Virus record (IMG/VR): IMGVR_UViG_3300044699_000011
Span: 1 to 24,123 of that record
Direction: 5' to 3' (one strand)
DNA from: a virus
Lineage: Duplodnaviria > Caudoviricetes
DNA: 24,123 nucleotides
Part shown: positions 1 through 6,482 of the stretch, one piece after another
How the letters are laid out: each line of letters begins with the position of its first letter
How positions within the stretch are numbered: position 1 is the stretch's first letter
The notes under the pieces: generated by a model
Told to the model about the DNA's origin: nothing
Seen by the model: only the letters and a program-made list of their open reading frames with translations
The model's database searches: none
Made by a program: the position numbers and the translations under genes

Positions 1-1
1 G

Positions 2-1291
2 TGGATCACCGGGGAAACCCGCCGCACCATGGCCCAACTCCCCGCCGGCAGCGTCGACCTGATCATCACCTCGCCGCCGTTCCTCGCCTTGCGTTCCTAC
101 CTGCCCGATGACGACCCCGCGAAGGTCGACGAGATGGGATCGGAAGCGAACCCCGCCGACTTCATCGACGGGCTCTTGGACGTGACCGAGGCGTGCGCCC
201 GGCTACTCGCACCACACGGGACGCTGTGCGTTGAGCTCGGCGACACCTACGCAGGGTCCGGTGGCGCGGGCGGCGACTACTACGCCGGAGGCTGGCGCGA
301 CGGGCAACGACCGTTCGAAGGCACGGCCAAACACGCCCGCATCCATGACCCCACGGTCGGTCCACCGATCCAGAACAAGAACGGAAAGAGTCAGGGTGGC
401 GGTGCGGGTTGGCCGCAGGCGAAGTCGTTGGCGCTGATCCCGGAGGCGTACCGGATGGCGCTCGCCTACGGCCGCAACCCCCACAACGGCCGCACCACCG
501 ACCCGTGGCGCATCCGCAACGTCATCCGCTGGGTACGCCCCAACCCGCCCGTCGGCGCGCTCGGCGACAAGTTCCGGCCCGCCACATCCGAGATGGTCGT
601 CGCTTGCAAGTCAGCGTCGCGCTGGTTCGACCTCGACGCCGTCCGCGTCCCTCACACCGAACCCGGACGGAAGTTCGACCAGGGCGACCACAAGGCAACG
701 CTGCAACCGCACCGTGCCGGCGCGACGATCGAACAGAACCCCGCCGGTGCTCCGCCGTTGGACTGGTGGCAGATCAGCCCCGGCGGCTACCCCGGCTCCC
801 ACTACGCCGTGTATCCCCCGGAGCTGTGCATCAAGCCGATCGAGGCGATGTGTCCCCGCCGGGTCTGTCGGACATGCGGAGTTCCATCACGGCGGCTCGT
901 GGACACGGAGCGCACGATGATCGGCAAGGTCAACCTAGAGTGGAAGGTCGCTCGGTCCGCATCCACTGGCGGTGGCGACATGGCTCAAGGGGCCGAAACG
1001 ACGCGAACGACCGGGTGGTCCACCTGTGGCTGCCCCGGTAGCGACGGCATCCGCCTCGACGGCTACCACACCGGCACCGGATGGCGACCCGGCATCGTGC
1101 TCGACCCGTTCGCCGGCTCCGGCACCACCCTGTCCGTGGCGTCAGGTCACAGTCGGGACAGCATCGGCATAGACCTGGACCGCCGTAACGCCAACCTTGC
1201 ACGGGACAGGATCGGCATGTGGCTCGAGGAAACCACGGCCCCCGAGCTCGCCGCCATTCTGGGCGAACGTCCGTTCTCTACCCACCGGTAA
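2..1291 (+). CDS. Phage DNA methyltransferase, N4-cytosine/N6-adenine, beta class (5'-truncated by the window edge)
   Basis: The frame is open from position 2 (WITGETRRTMAQLPAGSVDLIITSPPF). The catalytic motif IV SPPF is N-terminal, HYAVYPPEL is central and the SAM-binding motif I VLDPFAGSGTT is C-terminal, which is the beta-class order. A Cys-rich insert (CRTC...CGC) precedes motif I. Confidence 0.93.
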   Translation, partial: WITGETRRTMAQLPAGSVDLIITSPPFLALRSYLPDDDPAKVDEMGSEANPADFIDGLLDVTEACARLLAPHGTLCVELGDTYAGSGGAGGDYYAGGWRDGQRPFEGTAKHARIHDPTVGPPIQNKNGKSQGGGAGWPQAKSLALIPEAYRMALAYGRNPHNGRTTDPWRIRNVIRWVRPNPPVGALGDKFRPATSEMVVACKSASRWFDLDAVRVPHTEPGRKFDQGDHKATLQPHRAGATIEQNPAGAPPLDWWQISPGGYPGSHYAVYPPELCIKPIEAMCPRRVCRTCGVPSRRLVDTERTMIGKVNLEWKVARSASTGGGDMAQGAETTRTTGWSTCGCPGSDGIRLDGYHTGTGWRPGIVLDPFAGSGTTLSVASGHSRDSIGIDLDRRNANLARDRIGMWLEETTAPELAAILGERPFSTHR

Positions 1292-1305
1292 GGTAGTACG
1301 CTATC
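1292..1305. promoter_or_regulatory. Quasi-palindromic operator-like site, copy 1 (GGTAGTACGCTATC)
   Basis: Near-identical 14-mers occur at 8503-8516 (reverse orientation) and 15554-15567, all intergenic. This copy overlaps the -10 box at 1302-1307. Confidence 0.7.
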
Positions 1306-1313
1306 TTCATGGG
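1302..1313 (+). promoter_or_regulatory. Putative -10 box (TATCTT) of a leaderless promoter for the microprotein operon
   Basis: TAnnnT lies 6 nt before ATG 1314 with no SD sequence. The same geometry occurs at 6112 and at 15557 on the - strand. Confidence 0.55.
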
Positions 1314-1478
1314 ATGGACTACCCGCACACCTGGCACCTCTGGAACCGCACCCGCCGACCGTGCCGCATCATCGCCCAATCCAACCAAGGCACACACTGG
1401 CTCATCCGCTACGACCAGGACGGGCAGCCACGGACCCGTTGGGTGCGCGTCGACCGGGTCAGTCGGAGTCCGGCATGA
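1314..1478 (+). CDS. Hypothetical phage protein (54 aa)
   Basis: MDYPHTWHLWNRTRRPCRIIAQ...; ATGA overlap with the next gene; start placed just after the -10 box. Confidence 0.7.
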   Translation: MDYPHTWHLWNRTRRPCRIIAQSNQGTHWLIRYDQDGQPRTRWVRVDRVSRSPA

Positions 1479-1624
1479 GGCTGGGCACCATGTACGACAA
1501 GGCGGTGTTGCTGGGGATGGTGTGTCTCATCCTGGTCTGTCTGATCACCGCCGCAACCATCCACCCCCATCGGCAGGAGTCACCCACGATGCATTGGGCA
1601 CCACACACCGAGACCGCACCATGA
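1475..1624 (+). CDS. Small membrane protein (49 aa)
   Basis: MRLGTMYDKAVLLGMVCLILVCLITAATIH contains one hydrophobic helix; ATGA overlaps at both ends. Confidence 0.7.
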   Translation: MRLGTMYDKAVLLGMVCLILVCLITAATIHPHRQESPTMHWAPHTETAP

Positions 1625-1752
1625 CCGACGAACACAGGCTCGAACGCGTGGAGTACTGGTGTTCCTGCGGTGACTTCTTCGAGAACGCCACCGATTTCGA
1701 CGCTCACAAGTTCGTGCTCACTCACGGCGAACAAGAGGAGTGGGAGGACTGA
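1621..1752 (+). CDS. Small Zn-binding protein (H...CSCG...H, 43 aa)
   Basis: MTDEHRLERVEYWCSCGDFFENATDFDAHKFVLTH...; coupled to neighbours by ATGA and TGATG overlaps. Confidence 0.7.
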   Translation: MTDEHRLERVEYWCSCGDFFENATDFDAHKFVLTHGEQEEWED

Positions 1753-1958
1753 TGGACCTGTCGACTCTTGATGCCATGGTAGAAGCTCGACGGGAACATG
1801 CCTTCGGCACCCGTGACCGCTGGTACCTGCCGGTCCACTGTCGATGCGGTTGGGTGGCGCCGGACCTGGACACGTCACACCTGGATCACCTGACCGAGCA
1901 TCTGATCGCCGCTCAAGGCGGCATGAAGGCCACGTTCAAGGTTGATGCTGATGTGTGA
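1752..1958 (+). CDS. Small Zn-binding protein (H...CRCGW...HxxH, 68 aa)
   Basis: MDLSTLDAMVEARREHAFG...HCRCGWVAPDLDTSHLDHLTEHL; SD GGAGG upstream; TGATG overlap. Confidence 0.72.
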   Translation: MDLSTLDAMVEARREHAFGTRDRWYLPVHCRCGWVAPDLDTSHLDHLTEHLIAAQGGMKATFKVDADV

Positions 1959-2091
1959 CGCGGACCTGATGGCCACATCTCCGAACGACCCGGGCGTAGA
2001 GGAATACCGGTGCACCAACTGCGACCGGATGTGCGAGGACTACGACACCCATTGCCGCGGCTGTGGCATCCAACTCCCGGGGGCCTGGTGA
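1951..2091 (+). CDS. Small Zn-ribbon protein (CxxC...CxxC, about 46 aa; not in the ORF track)
   Basis: MCDADLMATSPNDPGVEEYRCTNCDRMCEDYDTHCRGCGIQLPGAW*. It fills the gap and ends in TGATG with the next gene. Alternative start at ATG 1945. Confidence 0.7.
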   Translation: MCDADLMATSPNDPGVEEYRCTNCDRMCEDYDTHCRGCGIQLPGAW

Positions 2092-2345
2092 TGGCCAACA
2101 CCCCTGACCCGCAACCGCTCGACCTCGAAACCGTCAAAGCACAAATCCGGCTAGGGCGAAGCGACCGCTCCCCGACTTACCTCGCTGATCTCGCGACGCG
2201 TCTGGTCGATGAGGTTGAACGCCTCCGCGCTGAGAACGCACTCAAGGAACAGGAAATCCGGGCGCTCTCCCGTGAGTGGACGGACGAGCCTCACGGCCCG
2301 GTCGAACCGTTCAAGGGTGGCGATGGAGTGTGGAGATGCCGATGA
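2091..2345 (+). CDS. Hypothetical protein with Ead/Ea22-like LVDEVERLR coiled segment (84 aa)
   Basis: MANTPDPQPLDLETVKAQ...LATRLVDEVERLRAENALKEQEIRAL; coupled overlaps. Confidence 0.7.
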   Translation: MANTPDPQPLDLETVKAQIRLGRSDRSPTYLADLATRLVDEVERLRAENALKEQEIRALSREWTDEPHGPVEPFKGGDGVWRCR

Positions 2346-2542
2346 CCGCTCTCGCTGATCTCGCACACGACCTCACCATGGAAGTCCTCACCATCCGCCC
2401 GGGCGGACCTTCCCTCCGCTATCTCGGCCGGTGCTCATGCTCGAAGTTCGTCTTCACCGGGCCTGAAGGCGTCATCAGGGACATGCACGCCATCCACCTG
2501 GTCCACCCCGAGACCAGCCTGAAAGGTTCGGCGTCCCGGTGA
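2342..2542 (+). CDS. Small Zn-binding protein (H...CSCS...HxxH, 66 aa)
   Basis: MTALADLAHDLTMEV...GRCSCSKF...MHAIHLVH; SD GGAG upstream; ATGA overlap. Confidence 0.7.
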   Translation: MTALADLAHDLTMEVLTIRPGGPSLRYLGRCSCSKFVFTGPEGVIRDMHAIHLVHPETSLKGSASR

Positions 2543-2563
2543 CCGCTCTCGCTGATCTCGCAC
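2343..2563 (+). repeat. 24-bp exact direct repeat TGACCGCTCTCGCTGATCTCGCAC at 2343-2366 and 2540-2563 (14-bp core also at 2181-2194)
   Basis: Read directly. Both full copies form the first codons (xTALADLA) of consecutive genes. Confidence 0.9.
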
Positions 2564-2654
2564 GCTGGTGGCGACCATGACCGTCGCGATCGGCCTTCTG
2601 ATCCTGATAGCGGTTCTCGTCTCCATGTACTTCGCTGGCAGGGACGCATGGTGA
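2539..2654 (+). CDS. Small membrane protein (probable indel near 2564, or start at ATG 2577)
   Basis: GTG 2539 gives VTALADLA. A shifted frame gives LVATMTVAIGLLILIAVLVSMYFAGRDAW*, one TM helix, ending in a GTGA overlap. Confidence 0.55.
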
Positions 2655-2893
2655 ACGCTCTTCGTGACTGGTGGCGTCACCGCAACGACCCGCCCCCACT
2701 GCTCCCCGACAAGGTGTCATGGACCCGAGACCTTCCCGATGACGAGAACGTCGGCCGGTACTTGGCTGCATCGTTTGATGAGGGGTGGTTGTTCGACCGC
2801 CAACACAAGATCGGTGACGACACGTTGCGAATCACGCTGGTCCGCTATGACGGCGCCTACCGATGGCGAGACGACGGATTCGAGGGGTACTGA
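2651..2893 (+). CDS. Hypothetical phage protein (about 80 aa)
   Basis: VNALRDWWRHRNDPPP...WRDDGFEGY; GTGA and TGATG coupling; alternative start ATG 2648. Confidence 0.7.
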   Translation: MNALRDWWRHRNDPPPLLPDKVSWTRDLPDDENVGRYLAASFDEGWLFDRQHKIGDDTLRITLVRYDGAYRWRDDGFEGY

Positions 2894-3108
2894 TGAGCGA
2901 AGAAGACTTCACCGATTACGTGGACGAACGACTCCGCGAAGGACTCGCGTTCGCGCAGGACCACTACGACGAATGGCGCGGCATCACGCCACCATCGCCG
3001 CCGGCACCGAACCGGGCACAGCGGCGCGCCGCTGCCCGCGGTAAGAACGTCGCACGGTCAAGGCACACGATCCGCCATGCCGCACGAAGGCACGGGACGG
3101 CAGGGTGA
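2893..3108 (+). CDS. Hypothetical protein with basic NRAQRR C-terminus (71 aa)
   Basis: MSEEDFTDYVDERLREG...PNRAQRRAAARGK; SD GAGG upstream; coupled at both ends. Confidence 0.7.
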   Translation: MSEEDFTDYVDERLREGLAFAQDHYDEWRGITPPSPPAPNRAQRRAAARGKNVARSRHTIRHAARRHGTAG

Positions 3109-5831
3109 CCATCACCTACGGCGCCACCGAACGCACCGACTACACCCCACCCAACGGGTCCCTGTGCGTGCACCCCACCCTCGGCGACGACCACAACGAC
3201 GGGCGCGCATCCTCGCCACTCCAGACGATCCGGCGCGCGTCCGAGCTCGTCCCCCACAACGGCACCATCGTCCTGTTCTCATCGGAGCAGAGCAACTACC
3301 GGGAGAACGTCCCCGGTATCTGGGCGAAGAACTTCACCATTCAAGCCGCACCCGGTACCCGTCCCCGATGGGTCGGATGGGAACCCGCCCGGTCATGGAC
3401 ACGGGAAGGGGACTACTGGTACCACGCCGCGCCGGTGTTCGATCACAACCCGCGCACGGAAACCCTGGTCGACCCGCAACGCAACCCGTACGCGGCATGG
3501 CCGGAGACCGTCTGGCGCGACGGTGTCCCACTCCGACTCGGATCAGCGGAGACCGCCGACTCGTTCGGACTCCACCTCGCCGGCAGTCGTGTCTACGTGT
3601 CGTTCGACCCCACCGAACACGACATGCGGATAGCTCACCGGCAAGTCGCGTTCACAGGGGCGTTGAACCAACCCGATCCGTCCGCCGGCGCCGTCGTCAA
3701 CTTCCGAGGCATCACGTTCGAGGGGTTCGCCAACGGGTCACGCCAGTTCGCCGCCGTCCGCATCTACGGCCCTCACACCCTGGTCGAGCAATGTGAGTTC
3801 ATCGACTGCGGCACCGGCATCGCGACCCATCGCGGTGACGGGATCATGCTCCTGCACAACACGTTCCGTCGATGCGGGCAGCTGGGCTCGCAGGCGTACC
3901 TGGCCCGGCACCTCGAGATCGGCGGGTGTCTGTACGAGGGGAACAACCGGTCCGAGTACTCGCACATCGGTGAAGCGGGCGGCGCCAAGTGGACCTACAG
4001 CACCGACGTGCACGTCCACCACACCCGCGCCGCCTACAACCACGGGCACGCGCTGTGGGCCGACGCCGACTCCGACCGCTGCCTCTGGACCCGCTGCGTC
4101 GCGGAGGACAACGACGGCGCCGGCATCTACTTCGAAATGTCCCAGGAAGGCGGCGCCTACGGGTGTTACGCCGCCCGGAACCAGCACGGCATCTACGCCT
4201 CCGCCGCCCGCGCGTTCGATGTCCGGTACTGCACCGCCGTCGACAACCAGGACGGCCGCGACATCGAGTTCAACGAGCAGGACCAGCGACCGACGTTCCC
4301 GCAAGGCGGACACTGGCGCAGCAACAACCAGACCACCGGCGCCGATGACACGCTGTCACCGACCACGGACAACGTCGCCGACCTGCTCGAGCTTGTCGGC
4401 CCGGAACGTGCCGCCGCGTACAGCCATCGTGGCTGGTACGGACCCGAGTACACCCCACCCCAGGAGCCACCCCCCATGCCCGAACCGTACGACCTGTTCC
4501 CAATGATCGACGACCATCAGCAGCTTGGCGAAGAGATCGCTAAGGCTGGCGCCGAGATCCGCCGGCTCGAGGGGTTGCTCTCCGCCGATCCCGACCTCGC
4601 ACTGATCGAACAACTGCGGAGCGACCTCCACAACACCGCCGTTGCGCTGATGCACTCGGCGCAGGAGAGCAACGCGAAGACGGTCACCATCACCACGCTC
4701 AACTCGACGGTGATCGGGCTGCAGCAGCAGGTCAGCGGGGTGACGTCACAGTTGAACGCGTTGACCCGCGACCACGCCGACCTCGCCGCCGCCATGGCCG
4801 TGGTGGAGCAGGAACGGGACACGGCGTTGGCGTCGAACGAAGAGGCACAGGAACTACTCGGCGAAGCGCTCGCCGACAACACCAGGCAGCGCGGTGAGCT
4901 CGACGACCTGACCCGCCGTGTCCGCGACGCACTCGCAGCGATCGATGACCTCACCGAACGGCTCGCCGAGTGCGAAGCCGACCACGGGCCCGCGCCGCTC
5001 ATCGTCGGCGGTTCACACCCGAACGGCTGGGCCGCACACAAGGCGATGACCGCCCCGGAGGTTCCCGCCGCGCACCGCTACTTCGCACGACGCGCCCGGC
5101 TGACCGTCGCCGACCTGGACGAGACCGATGCCATCGCGGGAGACGGTGCACTCCCGTACATCAGCGTCCGGATCGGCAGCCCGGACGACACCTCGTTCAA
5201 CGTCGGTGCGCTCATGGAGCAAGGCATCACCCGTGGCGCGTACATCATCGCCCACGAACCGACGCAGAAGATAACCGCCGCCGAATACAAGGCGATGCAG
5301 GAAGCTTGCCTACCGATCGTCCGTGACGGGCTCCCCGACTGGGAACGGCTGCTCGTGTTCATGGCCTACGACTTCCGCGACCCCGAAGCCGACCGGCACC
5401 CCGGTCACGGGTGGCTCCCCGACGACCTCACGCTGATCACCGGCATCGGAGTCGACGTCTACGACAAGGCCAAGAACGCCGCGGATCGGCGCACGTTCGC
5501 TGAACTGATGACACCGGTAGAAGACTTCACGAACACCGCGCGCGAGATCACCGGGGTTGACCTGACCATCCACATCTGTGAGGCGTCCGCCCCCGACACC
5601 GGCCAGTACGAGCGACCGCCCGGCTGGAAGCCGACCTGGCTGCGCGGCGCCTATCTCCACATGCAGGAGACACGCAAGGCGGACGGCACCCCCCGCTACG
5701 GCTCCCTTCTCGTGTTCAACGGGATGGGACCGGACGCACCGCCGGCTGTCGGTGACATCCCCGCCGGGTGGGGATGGGGGTCCACACCCGAGGCGCTCGC
5801 CGCGTATCGTGACGTGATCAACCCGACGTAG
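3105..5831 (+). CDS. Multidomain putative glycan-degrading protein: right-handed parallel beta-helix, coiled coil, GH26-like TIM barrel (908 aa)
   Basis: The N-terminus has DGRASSPLQTI and PbH1-type repeats (HTLVEQCEFIDCGTGI, AEDNDGAGIYFE, ARNQHGIY). A Pro linker and heptad region cover about aa 465-625. The C-terminus has IAHEP, GIGVDVYD and IHICE, resembling GH26/clan GH-A acid-base and nucleophile positions. Confidence 0.7.
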   Translation: MTITYGATERTDYTPPNGSLCVHPTLGDDHNDGRASSPLQTIRRASELVPHNGTIVLFSSEQSNYRENVPGIWAKNFTIQAAPGTRPRWVGWEPARSWTREGDYWYHAAPVFDHNPRTETLVDPQRNPYAAWPETVWRDGVPLRLGSAETADSFGLHLAGSRVYVSFDPTEHDMRIAHRQVAFTGALNQPDPSAGAVVNFRGITFEGFANGSRQFAAVRIYGPHTLVEQCEFIDCGTGIATHRGDGIMLLHNTFRRCGQLGSQAYLARHLEIGGCLYEGNNRSEYSHIGEAGGAKWTYSTDVHVHHTRAAYNHGHALWADADSDRCLWTRCVAEDNDGAGIYFEMSQEGGAYGCYAARNQHGIYASAARAFDVRYCTAVDNQDGRDIEFNEQDQRPTFPQGGHWRSNNQTTGADDTLSPTTDNVADLLELVGPERAAAYSHRGWYGPEYTPPQEPPPMPEPYDLFPMIDDHQQLGEEIAKAGAEIRRLEGLLSADPDLALIEQLRSDLHNTAVALMHSAQESNAKTVTITTLNSTVIGLQQQVSGVTSQLNALTRDHADLAAAMAVVEQERDTALASNEEAQELLGEALADNTRQRGELDDLTRRVRDALAAIDDLTERLAECEADHGPAPLIVGGSHPNGWAAHKAMTAPEVPAAHRYFARRARLTVADLDETDAIAGDGALPYISVRIGSPDDTSFNVGALMEQGITRGAYIIAHEPTQKITAAEYKAMQEACLPIVRDGLPDWERLLVFMAYDFRDPEADRHPGHGWLPDDLTLITGIGVDVYDKAKNAADRRTFAELMTPVEDFTNTAREITGVDLTIHICEASAPDTGQYERPPGWKPTWLRGAYLHMQETRKADGTPRYGSLLVFNGMGPDAPPAVGDIPAGWGWGSTPEALAAYRDVINPT

Positions 5832-5854
5832 ACCGCTGATCCCCCATCAGCAGT

Positions 5855-5885
5855 CACGACCCCCGCATCCCCCGCGGGGGTCGTG
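5855..5885 (+). terminator. Intrinsic terminator-like hairpin after the operon
   Basis: Perfect 12-bp stem CACGACCCCCGC/GCGGGGGTCGTG about 24 nt after the stop, preceded by a small GCTGAT/ATCAGC hairpin at 5835-5851. Confidence 0.7.
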
Positions 5886-5899
5886 TCGCGTATGCTGGT

Positions 5900-6080
5900 C
5901 ACCTCTACCGCGGTCGGAGGACTTCTCCGATCCACCCACCGCCCCCGTTTGGTTTCCGTAGGAAGAGCCACCACGGGGGCGGTGTCGCGTCCGTGCCGGA
6001 AGTCACAGAAGTTGTGCGCGACTTTTCGGGGTCGGTGGCACATACAAAGGCGGCGACCCGCCGACTACAACCCCGACACC
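5900..6080 (+). ncRNA. Candidate structured non-coding RNA or cis-element
   Basis: No credible ORF. Stems: TCGGAG/CTCCGA (5914-5930), CACCGCCCCCGT/ACGGGGGCGGTG (5937-5984), GTCGCG/CGCGAC (5984-6022), TCGGGGT/ACCCCGA (6026-6076) enclosing GGCGG/CCGCC. A -10-like TATGCT sits at 5891-5896. Strand is uncertain. Confidence 0.3.
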
Positions 6081-6111
6081 GCGCATGACCGTCCGTCACG
6101 GCGCGTGGTCG

Positions 6112-6123
6112 TACCATCAGGGC
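6112..6123 (+). promoter_or_regulatory. Putative -10 box (TACCAT) of a leaderless promoter for the portal operon
   Basis: TACCAT lies 6 nt before ATG 6124; no SD sequence. Confidence 0.55.
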
Positions 6124-6321
6124 ATGCTCATCCGTGGAGTCACCCGCTCACTGTCCCGGTTCCCCGCCGCCCAGCTCAGACGGTTCGCGTTGTCCGTCAT
6201 CGCCATCGCATCGATCTGCGTCGGGTTGGCGATCCTGTTTCATCCCGGTTGGGGACTGATCGCGCTCGGCGCCGGCTGCCTCTGGCTCGACGCCGCCAAC
6301 GACGACGGAGACACACCGTGA
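6124..6321 (+). CDS. Small two-TM membrane protein upstream of the portal (65 aa)
   Basis: FALSVIAIASICVGLAILFHPGWGLIALGAGCLWL. Small membrane ORFs commonly precede HK97-type portals. Confidence 0.75.
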   Translation: MLIRGVTRSLSRFPAAQLRRFALSVIAIASICVGLAILFHPGWGLIALGAGCLWLDAANDDGDTP

Positions 6322-6482
6322 CCGAACACCGGTACCTGCCGCCCGACACGTCGCACTGGCGGATGGAAGGCAACACGCTCGTATGCAAGGCGTGCGGGGA
6401 ACCGATGCCCGCCCACGACCGAGACGACATCGGCGCCGGACTGATCCAGTACAGCTGCCCACAACCGAAGGACACCCCGTGA
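6318..6482 (+). CDS. Small Zn-binding protein (CKACG...H...C, 54 aa)
   Basis: SD GGAG upstream; GTGA overlaps at both ends; VTEHRYLPPDTSHWRMEGNTLVCKACGEPMPAH. Confidence 0.65.
   Translation: MTEHRYLPPDTSHWRMEGNTLVCKACGEPMPAHDRDDIGAGLIQYSCPQPKDTP

Noticed and set aside
2163-2563. CRISPR array or attachment site reading of the 24-bp repeat
   Set aside because: Only two full copies about 200 bp apart, both in coding starts, with no cas or integrase gene in the window.
6124-6321. Holin call for the two-TM protein
   Set aside because: No recognisable peptidoglycan hydrolase is adjacent, and small membrane genes are common just before HK97-type portals.
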